This document shows positions 52,315 to 64,000 of a DNA stretch of 64,000 nt, piece after piece. The stretch's first letter is position 1, and the number at the start of each line of letters is the position of its first letter. The DNA comes from Narcine bancroftii (taxonomy: Eukaryota), in the NCBI RefSeq assembly GCF_036971445.1, contig NC_091474.1, forward strand, positions 169,694,001 to 169,758,000, given 5' to 3'. Made by a program: the position numbers and the translations under genes. The notes under the pieces were generated by a model that worked only from the letters and a program-made list of their open reading frames with translations, made no database searches and had not been told where the DNA came from.

Positions 52315-53799
52315 CTGGGATACAAAGTGAATTAAACCTGTAATTTTATTTTGTAGCTGGAGAGTTTAATGTATCAGAACGATCTATTTCACAACAATAT
52401 CAAAACAAAATTCTCCATTTTGGGGTCTTTTTTAAATTTTGTAATAGTTATCTTCTTACTCTGCCAAAAAGATAAACATTTAAGAAATATTGTCTCTTTT
52501 ATTTTACCTTCAAATAATGCTTACTTGTAATAAATACAGTATTATGTTGTAAAATGGCAATTATATGTTTAACAATTGTCCATAAAATGACTGGATTTTT
52601 ATCAAACTTCAAATGAATAATTATAATAATCCAGCACAAAAGCAAATGATTTTCTCTCAAGATTAAATGCTTTTTAATGTGAAAGATATCAATTTCACCT
52701 TTTATATTTACATTTTTCATCAAAGTGAATTTTCTACTTAGTCGGATGGACAACAACTTTACAGTGATACAACTGCTGCACTGCTAAGCCTCTGTTACAG
52801 ATGTTTGCATCTCCCTTTATTTATTCATCAAGATCTGGACATCACTGGCAAAGCTAGCATTTATTGCCCATACCCAAACATGATGGTGAGCGGCCTTGCT
52901 GGGCTTCTGCAGTCCTCTGGTGATGATGCTACCACAATGCATAGAGAGATGCTGGACTTAGACCCAGCAACAATGACAGAAAAGCCACATATTGCCAAGT
53001 CAAATGGTGTGCATGCACTATGGAGGGGAATCTGTAGGAGGGATATTGTCAACTGTTCTGCTTGGTAGTTGAAGCCAGAGATTTAGAAGGTGTTGTTGGA
53101 GAAGCCATCATGAATAACAACTGTGCATTTTTCCCACAGTTACACACTGCCCACTATAATACTGGCGACAGAATAAAATAATATTTACAGTGGTGTGTGC
53201 AGATTGCTTTATCCTGGATGGTGTGAGCATTGAGTTTTTTTTGAGTTGCAGGTTTCTGTGCCATTGTGCTCTTAAGTTCTGAATGCAAAACAAGATTTTT
53301 TTTTACATCCAGTCAAGACCAAGGACTAAGGAGACATAGTACAGAACAAAAGAGCATAGGGACAGGCCTTTTGGCCTATACTTGCCCTCTATCCTCTGCA
53401 CACCAAATGTTTATCAGTAGGGTTGCCTCCCATGCTTTTCCTTCTCAACAGGGGCTGTTCTCCCTGTTTCTGATGGTCTTTATCAGTATGCTGCTCCTCC
53501 AGAGTCTTCAATACATCGCGGTACTCTACCATCATAGACGCTGCCATGGTGGGCACAGATTTCCGTGGTAAAAGAAAAACTGTCGACTTCTTTAACATGC
53601 AGTTTAAGCCTTTACAAAGCCACTAGCATCAGGATTGGGCAGTAGGACCCTGCAGAGCAGTACAGGGCCTCCTCTGCCCGCACTTCCAGATGCGCACCAG
53701 TGCTGCCATTACAGCAGTTCCAGCCATTTTAAAAATAAATAGGATTCATCTGGTACTACTCCTCAACTCTTTCGCCATTACATCAATAATTGTATTATT

Positions 53800-55410
53800 G
53801 TTGCCTCTTATCCCTGTGCAGAACTCAATAATTTTATTAACTTTGCTGCCAACTTACACTTCGCTCTCAAATTTATTTGGACTTTCTGACACCTCTCTTC
53901 CCTTTCTGGATCTCTCTCTGTCTCACTCTTAGGAGACAAATAATCCATGGACATCTATTATAAACCCACTTACTCCCACAGCAACTTAGACTACACCTAC
54001 TCACATCATCTATTGTAATTATACTATCCCTTTCTCTCGGTTCTGTACGTCATCTGTTCCCAGGATGAAACGTACACTCCAGGATATCCTTTTGCAATGT
54101 TCCCTTTCATTTTTAGTAGTCAGTGTGTGCAAAAATCTTATGTTGTGCAAATTTTTTTCCTGTGACAAAAGTATGTGCACACTGAATGCTTGTGCAAATG
54201 TAAACTTGAAATTGGATCAAGATAATTTTGCCTCATGGTTATTGGCATGCTTTAATATAATACAAGTTTGAATACAAGATAACAGAAACAGTTAGCTAAG
54301 AGATTAATTTCAATAAGTATAATTATTAATTATTATATTATTTTAGGTAATTAACCTTTTGTGTGCACATTAATTTCCTTTGTGCACTGGTTGCAAAACG
54401 TGTGTGCACGTGCACACGCACACAGCTTAGCGGGAATAGTGCCTTTGTGCCTTCTTTATTCAATAAATGTGGCTCCTTCCACCCTTGCTGTCATTGATCA
54501 AGCCTCTACCACATCTCTTCCATTTTACGTACTTCTGCTCCCACCCTGCATTCCCCAGACAGAATAAGGATGGAATTCTTACTTTCACGGCCTCTGCATC
54601 TGGCACATCGTCACTGAAACAGTAGAAACTACAATGTGCGCCCACCTCTGGCCATATTTTTCCCTCCCCTCTCTCTTTTGCTTTTCACAGGGGTTATTCT
54701 CTCCATGAGTCCTTGGTCCATTCTTCCCTCCCCACCCATCCTTACACCTTTAATGCAGGAGGTGCAAAACTTGTCCCTTCATCTCTTCTCTCACTAAGGC
54801 CACAAACAAATCTTCTAGGTGAGCCAGAGCTTTACATGCACATCATCTAACCTAATCTTCTGCATTCAGTGCTCCCGGTGTGGCTTCCTCTACATCTGTG
54901 AGACCAAATGCAGATTGGCCAACCGCTTTGCTGACCATATGCGCTCTACCACAGGTGTAAGGCGAGATTGCCAGTTGCCAGCCATTTTAATTTCCCTCAC
55001 CATTATCACAAAGTCACATCTGTCCTTGTCATCATCCATTGCCAGACCAAATGTAAACTTCAGGAATAACATGTTATCTTCCTCCTGGACAGCCAAAAAC
55101 CCAATAATACGAACACTGAATTTTCCAATTTTAGTTAACCCCCCCCCCCCCACCCCAAATCAGTTCCAACATTTCCATCTGTCCTTTAACTGCTGCCATC
55201 CTCACACTTCGCTCAGATCTTCCCTCACCCCACCCAGTGGTCCTCCCCTACCCATCTCTCCACCTCTCCCTATCACATTGATCCTTCTCAAGCCCCTTCA
55301 TTCTTTAGTCTCAATAAAGAGTCCCAATCTGATACAGCGACAGATCATTTCTCACTGTGGATGCTGCCTGACCACAGCTTTTTACTGTTTGTTCAAAATT
55401 CTAGCATCTG
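53800..55410 (+). mobile_element. Penelope-like element (RT C-terminus and GIY-YIG), decayed
   Basis: LPFLDLS, DIYYKPT.SHS.LDY and FTCTSSNLIFCIQCSRCGFLYICETKCRLANRFADH motifs. Confidence 0.85.
54095..54441. mobile_element. hAT-like MITE nested in the Penelope element
   Basis: caatgttccct ... cgggaatagtg degenerate TIRs, repeated gtgcac subterminal motifs, approximate TSD ccttttg/cctttgtg. Confidence 0.6.
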
Positions 55411-56129
55411 CAATGGTTGTGTTTATGGAATGAATTCAATGGGTGGCTCATATTTGTTGTGGAGTTGAAGGGCTGAGGACCTGTTTCTGTATTGACTGTC
55501 TGTCTGTCTCTCTCACACAATAACACACACACCCTCTTTCTCTCTCCCTCTGCTGTACAAAAGTACCACTGTCAGGATTGATGGTGAATGTGTAAGTTGC
55601 ACTGACATTGTAATCCTTTTGTTTCCAAAGGTTCATCATTTTGACATGAGCCTTCCTTGGCTATTTGAAACAAGAAAGATACAAGCATGGTAATGGCAAA
55701 GAATAGATGAGAAAGGCGTATTAATATGCCAGGTGTCTTTTGGGAAAGGAGGGCAGGATTTGAAATGAATATTCTGTCATCTCAAATTATCTATGGTCCT
55801 CTGATGGCCACTGGCAGTACGGCAGTCAAGCACACGATTACATCACTCCTTCTTTCAAACAGCCAATCTGTTATGGTAGTTTCCTTTCCATTTGGTATAT
55901 TATCCTTTCTTTCTTGCTGAGGAAAGGCAAGTTTGTTAATGAATAATTGGATTTGAGGCCCACTATTCCTTTAACAAGAACAGAGTAACTCAGAGACTGT
56001 GGATGCATGAATTTTGAGCTAACAAAGAAGTGCTTGAGGAACAGAGCAGGTCAGAAAGCATCCATGGGTAGAAATGTTTTAGGTCTGGGTCCTTTATCAA
56101 GGCAAAGGAGAAAAAGGGGAGATACTACT

Positions 56130-57368
56130 TTGGCTTTGTGAAGGGAGGGTCATGAGGAGGTAACAAAATAAATTGATGATGGTAGGATGGTAGATGTAGT
56201 CTACATGGATTTTAGCAAGCTATTTGACAAGGTCCCCCACGAGAGACTTCTTTGGAAAATCATGAGGCATGGAACCTTGGCTGTGTGGAATAAAAATTGG
56301 CTTGCAGGTAGAAAGCAGAGAGTAATAGTGGAAGGAAAGTATTCTGTCTGGAGGTCAGTGACTAGTGGAGTACCGCAAGGATCTGTTCTGGGACCCCCGC
56401 TCAGTGTGATTTTTTAAATGACCTGGATGAAGAGGTGGAAGGATGGGTCAATAGTTTGCAGATGATACCAAGTTTGGAGACATTGTGGATGAAGCTGAGG
56501 GTTGTCGAAGGTTACAAGAGGATATAGACAGGATGCAGAGTTGGGTAGAGAAATGGCAAATTGAGTTCAATCTGGATAAGTGTGAAGTGATACATTTTGG
56601 AAGGACAAACCAGAAAGTTGAGTACAGGGTTAATGGATGATTACTTAAGAGCATGAATGAACAGAAGGACCTAGGGATCCTAATCCATACATCTCTCAAG
56701 GTTGCTGTACAGGTTGATTAGGATAGTTATGACAGCCTAATGGGATGCTGGGCTTCATTAATAGGGTGATTGAGTTCAAGAGCAGAGAGGTCATGTTGCA
56801 ACTCTACAAATCTCTGGTGTGACCACATTAGAGGATTGTGTTCAGTTCTGGTCACCTCATTATAGGAAGGATGTGGAAGCTATGGAGAGGGTGCAGAGTA
56901 GATTTACCAGGATGTTTCCTGGATTGGAAAATGTCTTATGAGGCAAGGTTAGCAGAACTGGGACTTTTCTCTTTGGAGTGTAGAAGGATGAGAGAAGACT
57001 TAATAGAAGCCTACAAGATTATGAGAAGCATAGATAGGGTGGACAGCCAGCATCTGTTTCCTAGGGCAGGAATAGCAAACACCAGAGGATGCATATACAA
57101 AGTGAAGGGAGGGAAGTTTAGGGGAGACATCAGGGGTAAGTTTTCTTTATACAGAGAGGTGTAGGCACCTAGAATGCCTTTCCAGGAATAATGGTGGAGG
57201 TTAAAACATTAGGGCATTTAAGAGACTCTTATAGACAGGCACATGGATGGATGGAAAATAGAGGTTTACGGGGTAGGAAGGGTTTAATACATTTTTTTAA
57301 TGAATATATGGGTCAGCACAACATTGAGGGCCGAAGGACCTTTACTGTGCTGCAGTGTTCTATGTTCT
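56130..57368 (+). mobile_element. CR1 LINE, 5'-truncated
   Basis: VDVVYMDFSKLFDKVPH, GVPQGSVLGP, FADDTK and LFSLE.RRMREDL motifs; tail tgttctatgttct. Confidence 0.92.
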
Positions 57369-57937
57369 TTAAAAGGGCAAAGAACCTGAGGGAGTGGCCA
57401 AGAGGTGAGAGGGCAACTGAACAAAATAACATTATTTCAGCAATAGCTCCCAATATTCCCACAACACAATTTCTTCAGACATGAATCTGGTTGAAGTCCA
57501 TGGCCATAGAAAAAAAATTATTTCACAGCTAATCAATAACTTTTAAAATGATGATTAGTAGCTAAGTCAAGAAAGTCCTACTTTCAAAGACATACATATG
57601 CAAGAAATATATCTGAATATTTATTTTCCCAGCATCCTGGGTCATCCAGCAATTTGGCTCTTAGATGTCAAGGAAACAATTTCTTCTATGGACAGAGCAT
57701 CAACTTCAGAAAGATTTTATTGAAGTGCAAACCCACTGGAAATCTCACGGTAAAATATTATTTACGTGGTTTGAAGCACGATGCCACAGAAAACATGTGC
57801 TTAGTTCAATTTATAATACAATCATTCTACTCAGATAAAATGTCAGAAAAACAGATGTTGATACATTTTTAAAACATCAGAATTTATCAATGTGAACAAG
57901 CTAATTCTGGCTTACTAAATCCTTGTGCTCCACCCAC

Positions 57938-58071
57938 CTCTAGCCGCTCCTGTTTGACTTCATCAGCATCCTCTTCCTCAAGCAAGCTCAGCAGCTCCCC
58001 TGTTTGGTCAATGCAACTGAGGAATTCTTGGTAAAGTTTCTGGCGCTTGTTTATATTGCTGCTGGATTTGT
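57938..58071 (-). CDS. SUPT3H: SUPT3H internal coding exon (134 nt, phase 1 to 0)
   Basis: Translates (D)[44 protein letters not shown], matching human Spt3 [47 protein letters not shown]; acceptor catag, donor GAG|gtgggt. Confidence 0.95.
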
Positions 58072-59589
58072 CTATGTGTGGGCGAATAAAAGGAAGGAAG
58101 AAAAATTACTAATGTAAATTTTTGAACATCTGCAGCACATATGAGTTTGGGACTTACTTCACCTGCTCCGCAGATTTCAGTAAACCCAGAATATATTTTC
58201 AGTGAGTTCCCACCCATCTTTTAAAACAAAATCAGTAAAGTGGGACTATAGGTAGCAACATTTTCAATTACCAAAGGGAGAAGAAAGAATTTCAAGTAAT
58301 ATAAACATTCAGCACTATATCTTTCAGCAGTACTAAAGTTTATAATAATTTGTATTTTGATTATACTTTATGGTTGAGGTGATAGAGGAACATTACACTT
58401 TCTATATATGGTAATAGTGTAAGGCACTTGCAGTCAGACTATATTGAAAGAGAATATGCATTTACATGCATAATTCAGAAACAAATCTTTTGAAATGAAG
58501 GGAACTATTATTAGTTTTTTTTAAAGAAGTAATTAATGATGTAAAAATTCTGGGCATTTTTTCCAGAGACAAAACATACGTCAAAACATCCTATCTTCCG
58601 ATGCTTCCAGAGGTGGCAAGAAAAGGGGCATATTCTACCTGCGCCTCCAAAAATTGTTATGCTCTTCCTTCCAGTTGGAGATCCCTGATCCAAAACAGAC
58701 TCCACCCCCCGCCCCTCCTCCAACCACAACTGATGCCAAGCAGCTGCACTCAGCAAAATATGATGAACATGTGTGAGATAACGTCAATGTTGAAGAGAAT
58801 GTTGGAGGTCACACTATAAATATGTGCATTACACAATTAAGTAATGATCCAGAAAAGACAGTGGCCACTTCCAGGTCAGTTCAAATACAAGTTTCCCTTT
58901 CTCACACCTTGCCATCACTGGTCTAATTCCTGATCACTGTGAGAGAAAAATCCAGAAATCTGTCTTCTCTGGTAGAAAGAGAAGGCAATGCCTCTGAGTG
59001 GGGCAGGGAAACAAATTAGCAGAGAGTGAGAGAGAGTCAGATCCAAGATCAGAATGGTCTAAGTATTAGTTCACCTTTTGAATTAAATAAGAAGAAACCT
59101 CACAAAATAGAGACAATTCAGAAAGCATAGCTGGAATAAATAAGCAAGAAAATTTTTCGGCAGGTCAATAACAAGCATATTCAATGAAAAAATACTCTCA
59201 AATATTTGCAGCCAAAAATGAATTAAAAGTGTCATAAACACTTTATGCACACATAAACCTTGCACAGAACAATAGTTCAGAACGATAAATGCACAGCATT
59301 TCCAAAGTATTGGATAAAAAGATCAAGTCAGAAGACAAGGTAGAAACAGCTCTGCAGCAGGCAAAACACAGGGCAAAAGGAAGCCATGAATTCACAATTG
59401 CAAGCGTGAATAACAAGGCAAAGTTGCAAAAGTCTCCACAAAGTACAAGATTAAGGACAAAGAAGTAACACATTTAAACAGATTTGCAAAAGATCCATTG
59501 AACACAGGAATGTTTGAACATGAGAAACAGATGAATATTATAACCTGTTCCAAAAAGAGTGACAAAACAAAGAAATGCAGACCTACCAG

Positions 59590-60680
59590 CTCCCACAATT
59601 ACCGTAACTATACATCTTCACACCCTGTATTCTGTAAGGATTCTATTCCTTTATGGTAATCCATTGTATCTGCTCCCAGGATGAGGTCTTCCAGACCAGA
59701 TCATCTGAGATGTCCCCATTCTTCAAGCTTTCCCTCCACCACCATCAACTCAGCCTTTACCCGCATCTCCACTTCTCACACATTTGCCCTGTCCCTCTCT
59801 GCCCCTATATGCAACAAACACAGGATTCCCCTGGTCCTCACCTAATACCCCAACTGCCTCGTCATCCAACAATTTCCATCACATACAACTTGATCCTACA
59901 ATTAGACACATCTTTCCCCCCTTCCCTTTCCACCTTCAGCAGAGGCTGCTTGTTCCATGACTCCCTCGTCCACTCATCTCTTCCTCTTCCAACCTACCAT
60001 TGTGACTGCAAGAAGTGTTACATTTGCACTGACACACCCTCTCTCATCACTGTTCGGGGCCCCAAACAGTCCTTCCAAGTGAAAAAATGCTTCATTAGTG
60101 AATTTGCGGGGGCCATCTATTGCATCCGGTACGCCCGTTATGGCCGTCTCTACATTGGAGTGACTGGATGCAGACTAGGAGATCATTTCATTGACCACCT
60201 TTGCTCTGTTTGCAGCAATGGTGGGGATCTCCCAGTGGACAACCATTTCAATTCTGCTCCCCACACCCGCAACGACATGGCTGTCCATGGCCATCCAAAA
60301 TCTGGAGGTGCAACACCTAATACTCCCTCTGGGCACTCTTCAAAAAGATAGCATTGACATCAACTTCTCTAGTTTCCATTATGCATTCCCCTGTGTCCCT
60401 CTCTTCCCCATCCTTTTGTCTCTTTTCCTGCAGCTCTCCACCCCTTTCTCTCTCCATTCCCTCCCCCTATCACCCCTTGTGCCCTCCCAATTATATCCAC
60501 CTTTGACATCTTACCTGTGGGCCTGTACTCCTCCACTTCCCCTCCCCCCACCATTTTATTCAGCCACCTGCCTGATTTTTGCTCAAACCTTGATGCTCAT
60601 AAATTTGGTTATGTATCTTTATCTTTGCTACGTAAAGAATGCTGCGTGATTTGCTGAATCTCTCCAGCACTTTTGTGTAA
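59590..60680 (+). mobile_element. Penelope-like element (GIY-YIG region)
   Basis: GPKQSFQVKKCF...IYCIRY...LYIGVTGCRLGDHFIDHL...VDNHFNS within ORF 59653-60351. Confidence 0.85.
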
Positions 60681-61834
60681 ATTATATAGACCCATTCAAC
60701 TTGATATCCATTCCAAGTAAAATGAGACCACCACTGTAGATGGCATGTCATTTCGATCAGGTGAAGTGGAAAACTTTGTAGAGTCTACCAAAGAAAATGG
60801 GTTAGTACAGTCAAAAGAAGGAGCTCAGAAATTATACATCAAAATGGGCAAGATTTATAAGGGGTAGAATAATTGCAGGTGAAATGTATTACTGACAAAT
60901 ATGAGGTGCCATACACCAGAAGAAAATTCTTGTCAATACGTAAATGATTTTGAAAACTAAGAATGAAGCAGAATAGGACCTAGGAATTTGTATGACTTTG
61001 ATAAATATGTCTAACCAGTGCTGAGCAAATCTAATAGAATGCTGACTCTCCACTAGACTATCAGTCAGAGGAAGTAATGGTCAGACTAGATGATTTACTG
61101 GCTGAACCACAATTTGAACAGCACAAAAGCCACAGTGAAGTGCCATATGTACATCCAGATTTAGACATATTACTTATGAAAACTTAGGGACAAATTTGGG
61201 CTTTTAGTCTGGAATGTCAGCATGAGAGGAAGGAAGAGGAGTTTGCAGTCATTGAAAAAGTTAATCTCAAATATCAAATTTAAATTGAAGCAAAGAAACA
61301 GAGTGAAGGGACACAGATTAATTCTGTATAATTTTGGGTTAATTCCAGGAAATTCTTCACTAAGACAGCAATTAATACTGGAATAATCTTCTATGTGGAG
61401 CAGTGGAAAGAAAACAATTCAAGTGGGCTGGATGATGGAGACAAGTGCTTACTCTCTCATTCAATAGTTGCAAGTGGCTGAATTAAAAGACTGTAGTTAC
61501 CTTGTGAGAGGAGCAGGCCATCAGTGTGAGGACAGGAAGAACAAACAACTAGCTTTCAGAAAGTTTGCATCTTTGGCGGTAAAGTAACTGTGTGGAATGG
61601 GAAGTGAGCCCATGACTGAAGGAACAGTGAATGAATACAAACATATGGAAATAGAACCATACAACAAAGGAGGGATTCTGCATCAGCAAAGCATGATTGA
61701 TTATTCAGATGCTGGACAGAGGTAGAGGACCCATAAATTCAATTCATTCAGTTTACTAATCCAATTATGACATTTAGAACTATTCACGAGAAAATGAAAC
61801 AAACTAAAATGTTTTCAATTAAATTTTAAATTTA

Positions 61835-62066
61835 AACATGCAGCACAGTAACAGCCCCTTCTGGCACTGAGCCCATGAGGCCCAAATGCACCAATTGGCC
61901 TACAACCCCTGTACATTTTTGAAGGGTGAGAGGAAACTGGAGCACCCAGAGGAAACCTACAGAGCTATGGGGAAAATGTATAAGCTCTTTACAGACAGAG
62001 GCCATTTGAACCCCGGTCACTGGTGCTGTATTCATGTTGTGCTAATCACTACGCTATCCATGCCAA
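61835..62066 (-). mobile_element. V-SINE-like element
   Basis: Same architecture and core sequence as 6510-6738. Confidence 0.75.
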
Positions 62067-62242
62067 ATTTCTGGCACCAAGTATTATACCTCAAATTATC
62101 AGATGGATCCATTTTAGGGATGGATGGCAATTCTCTCTTGCTATTGCAGGGATTACATGAAGGCTTTCATTGTGGTTGCCTGTCACTAGATACATGATTC
62201 TTCAAAACCTGACAACTAAAAAATGATGGAGACAGAAATCAG

Positions 62243-63240
62243 AAGATCACAAGATACAGGAACAGAAGTAGGTAATTGACTCATCGAGTCTGCTCCACAA
62301 TTCTAATCATGAACTGATCCATCCTCGCACTCAGCACCACTTCCGGCTTTCTCCCCATAACCTTTGATGCCCTGATTAACTAAATACCTGCCAATCTCTG
62401 CCTTAAATACATCCAACAACTGCGCTTCCATAACCGCCTGTGGCAACAAGTTTCACAGGCTCACAATCCTCTGACTTACAAAATTTTTATTCATCTCTGT
62501 TTTAAACTGGTGCCCTTTTATCCTTAAATTGTGCCCTCTTGCCATAGAATCCCCTATCATGGAAAACATCCTTGCCACATCTACTCTGTCCAGGCCTTTC
62601 AGCATTTGAAATGTCACTATGAGGTCTCCCCTCATCCTTCTGTACTCCAATGAGTACAGTCCAAGAGCTGACAATTGCTCCTCATATGCTAACCCTTTCA
62701 TTCTTGGTATCATTCTAGTAAACCTACTCTTCCCTTTTCTCAAATACACCACCCAGAACTGTAAACAGCACTCCAGGTCTCAACAGTGCTTTAAAGAGTC
62801 TCATCATCTCTGCTCTTATATGCTATCCCTCTGGAATGGCAACATTGCATTCACCTTCTTCACTACCAACTCTATCTGGAGATCAACCATTAGGGTATCC
62901 TGTACGACGACCCTCAAGTCCCTTTGCAACTCGGAATTTTGAATTTTCTCTCCATCTAAATTATAGTCTGCCCATCTATTTCTTCTTTGCAACATTGTCT
63001 TTCATCTGCCACCTCTTGGCCCATTTTCCTCATCGATCCAAGCCTCTCTGCAGCCTTTAGATATCCTCAGAACCAACTCCCCTACCACCTATTTTGGTAT
63101 CTTGTGCAAATTTACATAAAGAGAAATAGCCCCAATACTAACTCTTGTGGAACATCACTGGTGAACCAATCAGAATAGGACCCTTTTATTCCTAATGCTC
63201 TAGCCATGCTAGTATCCTTCCTGTAATTCCATAAGCCCTC
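62243..63240 (-). mobile_element. CR1 LINE 3' part with internal deletions
   Basis: RFTRMIPRMKGLAYEE...LYSLEYRRMRGDL; octamer tail as at 45382. Confidence 0.88.
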
Positions 63241-63539
63241 AAGTCAAGTTTATTGTTATCTGATTGTACAAGTTCAATCTGATGAAATAGCGTTCTCTGG
63301 TCCTTGGTGCAAAAACAAGCAGACACACAACCAGACATAACACACATATAGACAAATACAGTACGTTTCCAATTATCCAAAATTCATGAAACTTGACTTT
63401 TTTAAAATTAACTGGAGTTTTTGGATAATTGAGAAATTGCTTGAGAAAAGGCCAGTAGCATCAGCAGAATACTTGTATCAAAACTTAAACAGCAAAAAAA
63501 AAACAATGGAAAGATTTTCAAGCAGGAAATAATGCTTAA

Positions 63540-64000
63540 TGTGACAGATTATGTTATATTTTATATTGTATATAGATATGTTCTAAAGGAGATAAATTGT
63601 GGCAGGTTTTTTAGCGTAGGTCACATACAAACACTTCAAAACAGATCTCATTTAAAATGCCAGAGCTCTGCTCAAGGCAGACAGTCCAGGCTCCGGGTGC
63701 CTTTGCAAAAACTTTGAGGGATGCCTATAAGGACTTAACAAGTAGGTGCTAATTAGACATGCTGTGGAGTAATGGATTATTGTTTTGGAAAGCAACAGAT
63801 GAACGAACTTGGAAGATTAGGTCAGGAGCCGCTGTCTGTCTGAGGGTCATGTGGTTTTCTTTGAGTGAGAGAGAGAGAGAGAGAGCGAGTGAGAGATTTA
63901 TTTTGGTTTTGTAATTCTTCAGTTCAGCAGCAGCAGCTAGAACTGGAAGAGGACAAGCTGGCAAGCTTGTGGAACGACCCCATTTTGAAGATGTGTTGTG
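63540..64000. mobile_element. Probable LTR start, runs off the window end
   Basis: Abrupt TG start (tgtgacagattatg) interrupting a MITE that begins TA|cagtac near 63359; the other end is not visible. Confidence 0.5.

Noticed and set aside
1-64000. RUNX2 coding exons
   Set aside because: No Runt-domain or MASNS-type peptide was seen; RUNX2 is expected near the SUPT3H 5' end, outside this window.

Overview
Vertebrate genomic DNA, most likely from a cartilaginous fish (inferred from the CR1, Penelope, V-SINE, Rex1 and L1 repeat mix). The window lies inside the 3' half of SUPT3H (Spt3 subunit of SAGA/STAGA) on the minus strand. Six coding exons can be read with GT-AG boundaries and consistent phases: 58071-57938, 52314-52239, 37871-37759, 36921-36811, 27146(or 27158)-26967 and 17482-17372. 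The 27 kb exon (Ser/Thr-Pro-rich, ending in KTRKRKK) has no counterpart in the canonical human 317-aa protein as I recall it. The 5' exons and the short last exon were not found. The rest is intron packed with mostly decayed transposons. The most notable structures are: (1) a young ORF1-only 'half-L1' with an 18-bp TSD, inserted into one arm of a foldback element and carrying an antisense ORF that ends at an in-phase splice donor; (2) an L1 with a precise 5' inversion, which forms an inverted repeat around two SUPT3H exons; (3) a MITE containing an L1 and a 29-bp minisatellite; (4) an RTE inserted into the head of a tRNA-Thr SINE; (5) a solo LTR with a perfect TSD. There is one assembly gap (16781-16941). 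Family names come from motif recognition, not database searches, and boundaries of old repeats are approximate.
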